Source of the DNA: Mobula hypostoma
Lineage: Eukaryota
Length of the DNA stretch: 64,000 nt
Direction of reading: 5' to 3'
NCBI RefSeq assembly: GCF_963921235.1
Contig: NC_086097.1
Location: 175,028,001 to 175,092,000 of the forward strand
Each line of letters begins with the position of its first letter. Position 1 is the stretch's first letter. Position numbers and translations under genes: made by a program. Positions 49,601 through 62,244 of this stretch are shown here, piece by piece. The notes beneath the pieces were generated by a model. That model was given only the letters and a program-made list of their open reading frames with translations. It did no database searches and was not told the origin of the DNA.

Positions 49601-50436
49601 ATTTCAGCTGCAGATGTGTTGCGAGCGCTCGCTGGCTCGTGGATCGCTCGGTTCAGCATCCAATGGATATCTCTTCAGAACAAAGGACGCAGTTTACATC
49701 CGAGCTTTGCGATGCAGTTGCCTGTGATCTGGGGGACAGACTGCCATGGGCCGTGTTGGGCCTGAGGACGGTGCCTAAGGTGGACCTTCAGTCCTCTTCA
49801 GCAGTGCTCGTTTTCAGGCAACCCTGTGGGTGCCAGGAGAGTTTCTCCCAACATCCATGGTCCTATGGTCTGCTTCGCAGCAGCAGTTGGCTTTTATGGA
49901 TAGCACTAAAACTTATGCTCCACTGCCCACGACGCAGCATGGCCTGTCACGGTTGCACCTGTTGCTGAATCTGCAGCAGGCGAAATATGCATTTGTGCAT
50001 CATGGTGGACATCGGGGTTCCTTGTGACCACCTTATGAAGGCCTGTTCCGTGTGTTGGAAGCGGGGGATAAGTCTTTTAAGCTAGATTTTGGAGATATCC
50101 TGGAGAGTGTTTCTGTGGATCGTCTCAAGCCTGCCCATTTGGAACCTGGACTGTTCAGTGGAAGTGGCGTAGCCCCCATGAAGGGGCCAGCCTTCCACCT
50201 CCACCTTCTGACATTGACAATTCCTCCCCCCCCACCCCCCCACCCCTCACCAGCACCTGCCCACGAAGGCACGAGTAGGTTTAGCTGAGTTTTGGGGACT
50301 ACTGGACTTTGTTTGCTAGGGTGAATTCTGAGGGGGGTACATTTGTGAAGAGAGAATATATACACACACACACACACGACTTTGCCATTTTGTTTGCGTG
50401 GGAATAAAGTGTATAAATTTTGTTGACACTCCTACA
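46650..50436 (+). mobile_element. Decayed Ty3/Gypsy LTR retrotransposon (CsRN1-like, tentative)
   Basis: TGTGGGGA...CTCCTACA termini, 4-bp TSD ATAT (46646-46649 / 50437-50440); gag LKPPEFW...WFAQAEAQF; protease remnant [45 protein letters not shown]; RNase H YSMFNRELL..YLAVQHFR; integrase FDHVHVDLV, PYEGLFRVL, VSVDRLKPA; PPT-like gagggggg at ~50330; many stops and frameshifts. Confidence 0.92.
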
Positions 50437-50934
50437 ATATGCAAGAATTTTGCCAGGACTCAAATGCCTGAGTTATATATAGAGATTGGGCTAACTAGGT
50501 CTTTATTCCTTGGAGCATAGAAGATTTACGAGTGACCTTATAGAGGTGTATAAAATCATAAGGGGCATAGATAAAGTGAACACAGTCTTTTTTACAGGAA
50601 AAAGGAATGGAAATCTAGAGGGCTTAAGTTTAAGGTGAGAGAGGAAAGATTAAAAAGGAAACTGAAAGGCACCTTTTTCACACAGATGGTGGTGAGATTA
50701 TAGAACAAGCTTTTTTGAAGTTCTTTAGAAGTTTTTGAGGCAGGTACAATTACAGCATTTAAAAGACATTTGTACAGGTATATGGATAGGAACGGTTAAG
50801 AGGGATATCAGTCAAACACAGCAAATGGGTCTAGGTTAGATGGGTACCTTGGTCACCATGGACACATGGGGCTGAAGGGTCTTTTCCCATACTAATACTA
50901 TCATTCTATAATTCATATTGCTTTAGCTACAAGA

Positions 50935-51426
50935 GGTACTCAATAAAGTGGCCACTGAGTGTATTTCTGTATGTTCATGGTCTTCTGCTGCTGTAGCCTA
51001 TCTACTTCAACGTTCGACATGTTGTCTGTTCAAAGGTAGTCTTCTGGACATCACTGTTGTAACATAGTTATTTGATTTACTGTCACCTTCCCGTCAGCTT
51101 GAACCAGTCTGGCCATTCTCCCCTGACCTCTGTTATTGACAAGGCGTTTTTAGCCACAGAACTATCAGTTACTGAATGTTTCTGTTTTTCACATCATCCT
51201 CTGTCCCAGAAGATCAGCAGACTCTGAGACACTCAAACCACCCAATCTGGCACCAACAATCATGGTCAAAGTCATATTTTCCCCCATTCTAATGTTTGGT
51301 CTTTACAACAACTGAACCTACTGACCATGTCTGTATGCTTTTATGCATTGAGTTGCTGCCTCATGATTGGCTGAATATGTGTTTGCTTTAATGAGCAGGT
51401 GTTCCTAATAAAATGGCCACAGTGTA
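50935..51426. mobile_element. Non-autonomous Tc1/mariner-type element fragment
   Basis: TIR-like aataaagtggccactgagtgta occurs twice in direct orientation (~50942-50963 and ~51407-51426), ending in TA; family recognised from memory only. Confidence 0.6.
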
Positions 51427-52906
51427 CAAAATAATTGTTACTGAGAACATTAGGGGGAAGCACAATGGTTTGGGCAAGGATAGTGGTTTTAAAGAATAAA
51501 TAAGTTTAGGAAGGTATTTTCAGACTTTTCCCCTAAATTGCTAAAGGCATGATCAACAATGGTGTAATGATTGGGAATATGCCAGAAAGCAGAATTGGGG
51601 ACACAAGGACCTCAAAGTTGTAACCATTCTCCAGTCTTTAGTCCAGATTATGCAGGTGAATGTCGCAGGATCTGAAACAGAAAGTGGGTATTATGTTACA
51701 TTAAGATTAAGGCTGAGGCCGGTGAAGAATAGGACAGTAGCATTTGTGCAAAGACTCCACTGCAAACAGACTTTGCAAAAGCATCATTAAGAAGATTGTA
51801 TGATCTCTGACCCCTTTGGTTAGGGCAATAGAAGACAAAACTGTCTGATTTTTGTTTATAGGGAATCAGAATTTTCAAATTAAATTACAGCAGTTCTTTG
51901 AGAGGGAGAGCGAGAGACTGAATAATTCATTGCGTAATGTGATCTAATGGAAGACCTCCTTTCTGGATTCAGATCCTCTTTATTATAGTTGTAACAAACC
52001 AGTAAAGGTCACACATTCATCAACAAGCAATGCTCAAAGGTCCATTTTCAAGTGCTTGATTTCACAAAATGAATTAAGAACCCTCACTGAAATTAGAAAA
52101 CTACCAGGTCATCAAATTAATTCTGCTGCCAGATGCAATAGATCGAATTAAAATGTACTGGAGATTTTTTTAAGATCTTGAAATATACACCAGGTTATTA
52201 GAAAGAGACAGGCTAATATTACATGTGTGACTTTCCATCAGGACTCAAACCATAAAGTCTTGGCTGTTAAGTTTTGTCCCTCTGTCCAAACAGGAAACGT
52301 GGGTGTTTCTGCTGTCTTTTTGTACGAACCCAGGTCCTCCTTCTCTCTTATAAAATCAAAATTAAGACATAAATTTTGAAATACAAACAGGAAATTCACA
52401 ACAGATCAGGTTGCAGCCTTGCTAAAAGTAGTAATATATCTCAAGGGCGTTATTTTGAAGCCGAATAGGGGTAATTCTCTGGAGCCTAGCCAATATTAAA
52501 CCCTCTATCTATGAAAGCAAAAAGCTTTGACAGTATTATGAAATTTGAGATATATCATTTTTTGTAGAAAAGCACTTATTTTCAATTAAATGTATTTCAT
52601 ATTTCTTTGAACAAAAGATGTTATATGAAGGGTAAAAAGTGGTATTGGTTTATTATTGGTAATGTCACATGTATTGGTATTGTCACATGTACCAAGATAC
52701 AGTGAAAAGTTTGTCTTGCATACTGTTTATACAGATCAAATTTTTACACAATGCATTGAACTAGATTAAGGTAAAACAATAACAAGGCAGCCTAAAGTGT
52801 AACATCTACTGAAAGAGTGCAGCTTTGGTAAACAACAAAGAGCAAGATCATAACTAGATGGATTATGAGGCCTTGAGTCCATCTTATCATATAGGAGGTC
52901 TGTCCA

Positions 52907-53198
52907 GAGGTTGGCACATGGTCAAGTGGTTAAGGTGTCAGTCTAGTGATCTGAAGGTCACTAGTTTGAGCCTCAGCTGAGGCAGCATGTTGTGTCCTTG
53001 AGCAAGGCACTTAACCACACACTGCTCTGTGACGACACCATTGCCAAACTGTATCGGCCCTAGTGCCCTTCCCTTGGACAACATCGGTGACGTGGAGAGG
53101 GGAGACTTGCAGCATGGGCAACTGCCGGTCTTCCATACAACCTTGCCTAGGCCTGCACCCTGGAAACCTTCTAAGACTAATGGATGCCTATATATAAT
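52907..53198 (+). mobile_element. tRNA-derived SINE with a different 3' half
   Basis: Head tggtcaagtggttaagg...agtttgagcc and core gtccttgagcaaggcacttaaccacacactgctc as in 36101-36392; 11-bp TSD AGGTCTGTCCA (52896-52906 / 53199-53209). Confidence 0.88.
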
Positions 53199-53602
53199 AG
53201 GTCTGTCCAAGAGTCTGATAACAGTGGGATAGAAACTATCCTTAAGCCTGGTGCTATGTGCTTTCAGGCTTTTGTATCTTCTTTGACGGAAGAGAGAATG
53301 TCCTGTGTGAGTGGGGTCTTCAATTATGCTGGCTGTTTTACTGAAGCAGCAAGAAGTATAGACAGAGTCCATGGAGGAGAGGCTGGTTTCCATTAGGTAC
53401 TGAGCTCTGTAAACAACTTTCTGTTGTATCTTATGTACAAAGCAGTTGCCATTATGCATCCAGACAATGATTTTATGGCGCATCAATAAAAATTGTGAAG
53501 AGTCAATCGGGGCATGTTGAAGCTCTTAAGCCTCCTGAGGAAGTAGAGGGGTTGGTAAGCTTTCTTGGCTGTGACATCAACGTAGTTCAACTCAGACAGG
53601 CT

Positions 53603-54523
53603 TTTTTTTCCTCCAAAAATACTTTATTCAGAATTATTACAAAATAGTTATATACATATAAGAAAAAACATTCGTTGACTCTGAGTCCTTATTCAATAAA
53701 GTTATTTACAATAAAATTATGCGTTGACTCTCTGTTCATATACAAATGAAAGATGTTTACAATAAACCATTCATTTACTCTCAACCCTTGGTCAAGAGTT
53801 AAGACTTATTAACAATAAAATTATCAACAATAAAGGGAGGCGTTGGCTCTAATTCCTTTTCCAAATTAACAATTCCACCCACTCCTGGGGCACCATGTTG
53901 ATTCATCTGTCCACACGGCTGATGAGGGTTAGTCTCCTCCCCACCCAACCCCTCCCACTCTCACGGGTGATGAACCTTGAACTGTGGTCCTTCCCCACCG
54001 GGGCTTCGCGGTGGCCGCACCAAGCTTGAGTGCATCCCTCAGCACGTTCTCCTGCAGGCGAGAGTGAGCCGGTCGGCAGCATTCAGTCACCAACATCTCC
54101 ATGTGCTGGCAGACCACCAAGTTTCGGGCAGACCAAAGCACGTCTTTCACCGAATTGATGATCTGCCAGCAGCACCGGATGTTTGTCTCCGTGTGCGTCC
54201 CCGGGAACAGCCCGTAGATCACGGAGTCCTCGGAAACGCAGCTGCTGGGCATGAATCTTAGCACCGTCCCTTCCATTCTCCTCCACACATTCTTTGCGAA
54301 CCCACAGTGTGCAAAGAGGTGAGCCACTCCATTACAGTCCTCCCGTGGGCAGTGGGGTGCGGAGACGACATTCCGGGTGTACAGGAGGGATCTGACTGGG
54401 AGGGCTCCTCTCACCGCCAGCCAGGCGAGATCTTTGTGCCTCTTGGTGAGGTCTGGCGATGAGGCATTTTGCCAGATGAACTGGACAGTCTGCTCAGGCA
54501 ACCACCCCACTGAGTCCATCTCA
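53603..54523 (-). mobile_element. Tx1-type (L1 group) LINE, 5'-truncated
   Basis: IWQNASSPDLTKRHKDLAWLAVRGALPVR...CPREDC..VAHLFAHC.FAKNVW (C-terminal Zn-binding region); short poly(A); 11-bp TSD TCAGACAGGCT (53592-53602 / 54524-54534). Confidence 0.9.
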
Positions 54524-55064
54524 TCAGACAGGCTGTTAGTAATGTTCACACCTACGTAAGAACTTGAAGCTCTCAACTTCTGCACTGCTGATGCAGACAG
54601 GAGCATGTGCAACACCCCTTTGTGAAGTCAATGGTTTGTTCTTTTGTTGACATTGAGGAAAAGGATGTAGTCATGACAATGTCACTAAGCTCCCAGTATT
54701 CCATCTTCATCAGTGGTGTAGGCAATGCAGTGGTGCCAGACATTTGTGAGGCTCCACTTGGACTATTGTGTTTAGTTTTTGTCACTCTGCTGTAGGAAAG
54801 CTGCCATTAAGTTAGAAAGACTGAAGAAAAAAATTACAAGGCTGGGACTTGATTTATAGAGGAGGAAAATAAGGAGCGATCTTATAAAGGTGTGCAATTT
54901 TGTGAGGGGCAGAAGGGTGCATACTCAGTCTTTTTCCCAGGGACAGGAAATCAAGAACTATAGGGAATAGGTTTAAGGTCAGAGTGGAGAGACTTAATGG
55001 AAACCTGAAGGGCAACTTCATCATGCAGATGGTACTCAGAACACGGAATGAGCTGCCAGAGGAA

Positions 55065-56700
55065 GTGGTTGACCAGGTACATGGACATCATTTAAGAACT
55101 CCATCTGCCACTTTTCTGCCCAACTCTGCATCCTATCTATATCCTCATGTAACCTTCGACAACCTACAGCTCCATCCACAACTCCTCCAATCTTCCTGTC
55201 GTCCGCAAACTTACTCACCCATCCTTCCACCTCTTCATCTAGGTCATTTATAAAAATCACAAAGAGCAGGGGTCCCGGGACAGATCCTTGCAGCACCCCA
55301 CTAGTCACCAACCTCCAGGCAGAATACCTTCCTTCCACTACTACCCTCTGCTTTCATCCCTTAAGTCAATTTTTTTATCCAAACGGCCAAGGTTCCACTG
55401 ATCCCATGCCTCATGACTTTCTGGATGAGTCTCTCATTGGAGACCACATCTACCACCCTACCCTTATCAATTTCTTTTGTTATCTCTTCAAAAAACTCAA
55501 TTAGGCTTGTGAGGCTTGACCTTCCCTTCACAAAGCTATGTTGACTATTCTTGAGTAGACTGTACTTCTCCAAGTGCTCATAGATCCTATTCTTAAGAAT
55601 CCTTTCCAATAGTTTGCAGACCACCGACGTAAGACTCACCGGTCTATAGTTGCCAGGATTCTCCCTATTACCTTTTTTAAACAAGGGAACTACATTTGCC
55701 ATTCTCCAATCCTCCGGCACCTCCCCTGCAGCCAAAGAGGACTCAAAGATCATAGCTACTGCTCCAACGATCTCTTCTCTCACTTCCCACAGCAACCTGG
55801 GGTATATCATGTCTGGCTCCGGGGACTTATCAATCTTGATGTTTTTAAGAAGATCCAACACTTCTTCTTCCTTAATCTCCACATTGTCCAGCACACAGGC
55901 CTGTTCTATTTCAACCTCACCCTGATCAAGGTCCTTTTCACTTGTGAATACTGAAGCAAAGTATTCATTTAAGACTCCCCAACCTCCTCCGCCTCCAGGC
56001 ACATGTTGCCTTCTTTATCCTTTAGCGGCCCCACCTTCATTCTTGTCATCCTCCTGTTCTTCACATACACATAGAACGCCTTGGGGTTCTCCTTAATCCG
56101 ACATGCCAAGGCCTTCTCATGCCCCCTTCTAGCTCTCCTAAATCCTTTCTTAAGCTCCTTCCTGGCTACCCTATATTTCTCATGAGCCCCTCCTGCTTCC
56201 TGCTTCTTATATCTAACATATACTTCCTTCATTCTCTTGATGAGTTGCCTCATGTGTTCGTCAGCCATGGTTCCCTTTTCCTACTATTTTTTCCTTGTCT
56301 CAGTGGGACAAACCTATGCCGAACCCAGCACAAGTGGTCCCTAAACTTCCTCCACATTACTTCTGTGCTTTCACCCTTGAACATCTGTTTCCAATTTACT
56401 CTCACTAGTTCCTGCCTCATTCCTTCATAGTTAGCCCTTCCCCAGTTAAGCACTCTCCCATTTTGTTCGTTTTTATCCTTTTCTATAGCTATGCTAAAGC
56501 TAAGGAAGTTGTGGTCACTCTCACCAAAATACTCCCCCACCAAGAGGTCTGTCACCTGACCAGATTCATTACCCAGCACTAGATCCAGTATGGCCTCTCC
56601 TCTCGTCGGCCAGTCCACATACTGTGTCAGGAATCCTTCTTGAACACACCTGACAAGTTCAGCCCCATCTATCCCTCTTGCAGTCAGGAGGTGCCAGTCA
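55065..56700 (-). mobile_element. CR1 LINE ORF2 fragment (endonuclease to RT)
   Basis: PTRGEAILDLVL...GESDHN; IKENPKAFY.YVK; WRMANVVPLFKKGNRENPGNYRPVSLTSVVCKLLE; SGVLQGSVPGPLLF..FINDLD, SKFADD. Confidence 0.92.
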
Positions 56701-56809
56701 ATATGACTGCTACTTAATGTTAAGTGTTAGAGTTTAGGATCTCCATTATGGGAGTAAGCCATTGCCTGGTAATCTTATGACTCCAATATTAGTCATAAAC
56801 TCAAAGTCA

Positions 56810-58010
56810 CACAGCACTACAGCACGGAAACAGGTCCTTTGGCCCATCTAGTTCATGCCAAAATGTTATTTTGCTTAGTCCCACTGATCCATACTTGGAC
56901 CATACCCTTCCCATCCATGTACTTATCCAGATTTCTCCTAAATCTTGCAACTGATCCAGCATCCAGCTCTTCTACTGGCACCTCATTCCACACTTGTACC
57001 TCCCTTTGAGTAAAGAAGTTCTTCCTTAGGGTTTGTCTTAAACATTTCACATTTCACCTTCAACCTTTGACCTCTAATTGTAGTCTCACCAAACCCCAGT
57101 GCAAAAAGTCTGTTTGCATTTATCCTATTTATACCCCTCACAATTTTGCATACCTCTATCAAATCTCTCCTCATCTTCCTATGCTCTGTGGGGGAAAAAA
57201 AGTCCTAACCTATTCAACCTTTCCCTATAACTCAAGACCTGGCAACATCCTTGTAAATTTTCTTTGTATTCTATCAATCTTACTAAATCTTTCCTGTAGG
57301 TAGGTGACTAGAGCTACAAACAGGCTCCAAATTTGGTGTCACCAACATCTTATACAACTTTAACATAACTTCCCAACTCTTGTACTCAATACTCTGATTT
57401 ATGAATGCCAATATGCCAAAGGCTCTCTTTATGACCCCTTCTACAAGTGATGCCTCTTTCAAGGAATCATGGATTTGTATATGTTCTATTGCACTCCTCA
57501 GTGCCCAAGGTTAACCATGTATCCTGGTTTGTCCTCCCAAAGTACAACATCTCACACTTGTCTGCATTAAATTCCATCTGACATTTTTCTAGCTGGTCCA
57601 GATTAAGTTGAAAGCTTTGATAGTCTTCCTCGCTGTCTACTGTGGACCCAATCTTGTTGCATCAGCAAATTTGCTGATCCAGTTTACCACATTATCATCT
57701 AAATCATTGATGTAGATGACAAGCAATAACCGACACAACACCGACCCCTGCGGCACACTAGTAGTCACATGCCTTCAGTCAGCGAGGCAACGATCTGCTA
57801 CCAGTTTTAGCCTTTTCCCACTAAGTCAACATTGAATCCAACTCACTACTTCATCCTGAAAGCCATGAGATTAAACCTTTCATGCAGGACTTTGTGAAAA
57901 TCCACATACACAACATCCTCTTTCATCAACTTTCCTGGTAGCCTCCATGAGAAGTTAGACACTACCTAGCATACAGAAAGGCATGTTGACTATCTCTAAT
58001 CCTGTCTATG
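56810..58010 (-). mobile_element. CR1 LINE 3' fragment
   Basis: MRRDLIEVCKIVRG, LRKNFFTQREV.VWNEVP, RT remnants, CR1 tail. Confidence 0.82.
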
Positions 58011-59206
58011 TACTGTAACAGAATCAGAATCAGGTTTATTATCACTGGCATGTGACATGAAATTTGTTAACTTAGCAGCAGCAGTTCAATGCAATACATA
58101 ATCGAGTAGAGAAAAAAAACATAATAAATAAGAATGATAGATGTTAGTCTATATTACAACTGATTAAAAAAATTAAACCTGCATTCTTCGCAGTTTAGAA
58201 GAATAAGGGTGATCTTATTGAAACATAAAATATCCTGAGTAAGCATGACGATCGATGTTGAGACATCTCTACTCACGGAAGAATCTGAACAAAGGGACAT
58301 AACTATAGACGAAGGGGCTGGTTATTTAAAACATAGTGTGTAGAAATTTCGTTTCACTGACTATGGTGTATCTCTAGGATTCTCTCCCCCTAATGTTTGT
58401 GGAGGCTGGATTACTGGGGGTATTTACTGCCAGAAGAAGATAAGATCAGAGAATCAAAGGTTTGGGGGAACTGAAATTGATCAGCTGTGATCACATTGAA
58501 TGGTTGCATGTTTGGAGGAACAGGGAGCCTCCTCCATGAAACAGTCCCTTCAGCTCAACTCAACCATGCTGGTGCTCCTGCCCCTATTTCTTTTTGCTCT
58601 GCTTTTTGAAGAGGTCTGGAAGCCAGGCAGGAGGAAAATGGGCAGAATTTTCTCTGGAAGTACTGTCAGTGTGATTTACCTTCATTATTCTTCAGGGCTT
58701 AGGACACAGGCAGCTGAAAGCATGGCTGCTGATAATGGAGCAATAAAAAACTATTACTAAAATATATGCTTCAAGTTTCAGTATATATTAGAGCTGATAA
58801 AACTGACTCCCTCTTAATACACAGTTTAAGTGAAGTCATGCTTGAAATTAATTTATGATAGAAATGGATTGTACATTGCATGGGGAAAATGTATTTATGG
58901 GGATGACTGCTATCCATGATTTGTTCTAGAGATGCAAAAATTAGAGCAAAAAAAAACAATCTTCTGGACGAACTCAGTGGGTCAAGCAGTATCTGTGGGA
59001 TGGGGTGGGGTGGGGAGGAACTGTTGACGTTTTGGGTCAAAACCGTGTAGCAGGACTGAAAGGGGAGAGAGGAAATGGCGAGACAGGGCCAGAAATGATT
59101 GGTGAACTGGGCAGGGGTCGAAGATGATAGGCAGGTTGTGCCAGTTAAGGGAGGGGGATAGGTGGAGATGGGAGACAGAAGCAGGTGGGTGATAGATGGA
59201 GGCAGC

Positions 59207-59455
59207 CAATTTATTTTTATTTATTTATTGAAATACAATGCGGAACAGGCCCTTCCTTCTTTGAGCTGTGCTATCCAGCAACCCTCCACCCCCCGTCCCC
59301 AAATTTACTCCAAGCGTCATCATGGGACAATTTACAATGAACAATTAACCTGTTAACTGGTTTGTCTTTGGATTGTGGAAGGAAACCGGAGCACCTGGAG
59401 GAAACCCATGCAGTCACAGGGAGAACGTATAAACTCCTTACCGGCGGCAGCTGGA
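59207..59455 (-). mobile_element. SINE fragment (V-SINE/HE1-like)
   Basis: tgtctttggattgtggaaggaaaccggagcacctggaggaaacccatgcagtcacagggagaacgtataaactcc resembles the reverse complement of the V-SINE central domain. Confidence 0.75.
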
Positions 59456-60399
59456 ATCCTTTCCTTCCTCAGATGCTGCTCGACCCACTTAGTCTCTCCA
59501 GCAGATGTTTGCTGCTCCTGATTCATTTTAGTTTAGTATTCATCAATTTCTCTCACCCCATCTCCAAATCTTATTTCATGTTGAGTGAACTGTTGCTGTT
59601 CCTTCATTCCTTCCTCTCTCATCTACCCCTTTTTCCTTACATAGAGAACTTATTCTGTGATCTGCTTCCACAATGAATAATGTAGATATTTTCCAAAAGC
59701 TGTTTACACCTTGTTTAATGTCATCTTCTCTGTAGTCAGTGATCATTTTCTCACCATTCAGATTCTCTTCAGGATTATCATGTCCTAGTCAGTATCTAAT
59801 GTGACTCAGTGAGTTCCAGTCCATTGGCCCCAATCAGAAAGATGTGGATTCAAATTTCCATTCCAGAGACTCCAGCAAAAACCATGAAATATCTTGTTTA
59901 ATTAGAAAAGGATTCTGCAGTGTGGGAAGAATTTTCTTTTAAGTGTGACATTAAATCAGCTGACTTCTCAAATGGAAATGTAAAATTAAATGACATTGTT
60001 TTGAAGAGCAAGAGAGCCATTATTTATGTCTAAACCAGCATCACTAAAAATATAAAGAAAAGTAATTTTAATTATGTACTAAATATTGGGATCGGGGTCT
60101 TAGCTCGTGATTATCTTGTGCTATTTGTGACATTTTTCTGTGGAGAGGTATGTACATGGATAGAAGACGTTTAGAAGGCTATGGGCCAAACGTGAGCAGA
60201 TGAGACAGCTTGCAGGCAACACAGTTGGCATAGACAGGTTGTGCTGAAGAGCCCATCTCCAGAGACTATGAAATTTAGCTGTAGCATTTCCTGTTACAAC
60301 ACTGACTATTGTTCAAAAAGTTCTCTTAAATATTTGTTCACCTGGTGCGAAAAACATTTGGAAAGCTGGAAGTTATTGTCCTCGCTGATTGTTCCAGAA

Positions 60400-61615
60400 C
60401 TGATGACTTGCTTGATTAATTCCAAGAGTCATTAAGATATTGGTGGGTCAGACTCTACGGTCAACAAGAGCCGTGGTTTCCTATGCCACCAGGAAGGCAA
60501 AGCATGAGTACTCACAGAAAATTCACAGTCACTTTTGTGACACCAGGGACACAGCGCACGTGGCAAGGTATACAAACAAGGTATACAAACCATAACAGAT
60601 TACAAGTCCACCCAGCGCGTCAACAACAGCGACACCTCCCTGACAGGCTGAATGCCTTCTATGCATGATTTGTGACATCAAGAAAACCCCTCTCTCCCTG
60701 AGGAACGGGCACTCTGTCTGGTTGCAGCCGAGGTGAGGAGGATCCTAGCCAGGGTAAATCTGCACAAAGCTGAGCCAGGCAACATACCCATTTCTAGTCA
60801 GGTGCTGAATGATTGTGTGGCTCAGCTAAAAGAGGTCTTAATAGACCTCTTTAACATTCTTTGGCAACAGCCCACTGTTTCTGCAGGTTGCAAGGCAGCA
60901 ACCATTAGTCTGGTACCAAAGAGAGCGATGGTAACTTACCTTAACAATTACCGCCCAGTGGCCCTGACCTTAATAATCATGAAGTGCTTTGAGCGGCTGG
61001 TACGGATTGTATAGAATCCTACCTTATAGCTACATTGGATCCTTTCCAGTTAGGCCAACACTCAAACCAGTCCACTCATGAAGCCACAGCCTCAGCCGTC
61101 CACTTCATCCTGTCCCTGCTGGAAAATGATGCCTCATACGCCAGAACATTATTTGTCAACTTCAGCTTGGTGTTTAACACAATCATCCCTCAGAGGCTGC
61201 TGGGTAAACTGTTGTCACTGGGACTCAACACCCCGCTCTGTAACTGGATCTTAGACTTCTTGATCAAAAGACTCCAGACAGTCTGAATTGGCAGCAATAT
61301 TTCAAGCTCATCACACTGATCATTGGTGCCCCGCAGGGCTGTGGGCTCAGCCCACTGCTGTTCACGCTGCTGAATCATGACTGCACTGCCAGATCCAGCT
61401 CAAACCGCATCATCATTTGCTGATGATTCAACAGTGGTTGGCCTCATCGGCAACAATAATAAGTTGGTATACAGAGTAGAGAGGCTTGTCAAACAGTGTG
61501 AGAACAACAACGTGGATATGTCACAAGAGATGATTGTGGACTTCAGGAAGGTGCAGGTCAACCGCTCTCCATTGCATATCAATAGCTCTGCCGTGGAGAG
61601 AATGAAGAGCACAAA
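60400..61615 (+). mobile_element. Rex1/Babar-type LINE, degenerate RT
   Basis: WQGIQT, LPDRLNAFYA, LNNYRPVALT..IMKCFERLV, YARTLFVNFS..FNTIIP, LCNWILDFL, GAPQGC.LSPLLF, FADDSTVVGLI. Confidence 0.88.
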
Positions 61616-61616
61616 A

Positions 61617-62040
61617 CTTATCAATTCCATCATCCAAATCATTAAGATATAATGTGAAACCTAAGTGGACCCAACACCAACCCCTGCAGAATATCAGTAG
61701 TCACTGGTTGCTAATCAGTAAAGACCCCTTTTTCTCCCCTACTCTTTGCCTGCTGCCAGTCAGCCAATCTTTTACCCATGTTAGTATCTCTGCTATAATA
61801 CCATGGGTTCTTGTTTAGCAGCCTCACGTGTGGCACCTTGTCAAAGGCCTTCCGAAAATCAAAGTAAACTATGTTTGCTAATTCTCCTTTGTCTATACTG
61901 CCTGTTGCTTCCTCTATGAATTTCAACACTTATCCTTCATGAAACCAGGCTGACTTTTGTGTATTTTATTGTGTGCCTCCTAGTAACTCAAAACTTCATC
62001 CTTAATAACGTACTCTAACATCTTGCCAACCACTGACGTC
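61617..62040 (-). mobile_element. CR1 RT fragment
   Basis: IVYFDFRKAFDKVPHVRLL. Confidence 0.8.
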
Positions 62041-62244
62041 AAGTGCTCCTTTTTTATTGCGCGAATGCCTTGTTTTTGCACACCTTCTTTCTCTCTCATC
62101 ACTGTGTTGTGCAACATTGACTGTACCTACATGCCTGCTAAGCTGTTTTTGCCCCATTTTAAGAAGGCCCTGGTGAGACACAGCAGTGCTTTACTGGCAG
62201 TAAACAAATCTACTAACTACTCCAGTAATCACACCTTTTCTAGA

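Larger units (their letters stand above)
46055..50905 (+). mobile_element. CR1 3' fragment split by two LTR-class insertions
   Basis: gcatttggagtattg | tgtacagttttggtc...gtgcaaaaaaaagatat | gcaagaattttgccaggactc... reconstitutes the CR1 HLEYCVQFWS region and tail. Confidence 0.8.
52645..54700 (-). mobile_element. Rex1/Babar-type LINE 3' fragment hosting SINE and Tx1 insertions
   Basis: KTASIIEDPTHTGHSLF...RRYKSLKAHSTRLKDSFYPTVIRLL; STKEQTIDFTK at ~54620-54660; tail as at 23250. Confidence 0.75.

Noticed and set aside
53929..54615. 228-aa ORF as a novel fusion protein
   Set aside because: Chance in-frame join of a Rex1-type fragment and a 5'-truncated Tx1 ORF2 across an insertion junction
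5565..59209. Recurrent short ORFs such as MLVNTAGQAAS..DVSGRDPSSG and SPDEGSRPETST as a peptide family
   Set aside because: They are translations of the Penelope terminal repeat; the conservation is explained by the RNA motif CTGACGA...GAAAC and repeat copy number
59755..59784. Possible 30-bp phase 1-1 mini-exon of the ERICH5-like gene (HDNPEENLN; ctag|...|gtgaga on - strand)
   Set aside because: Phase fits, but the pyrimidine tract is poor and there is no homology support; could be chance without RNA-seq
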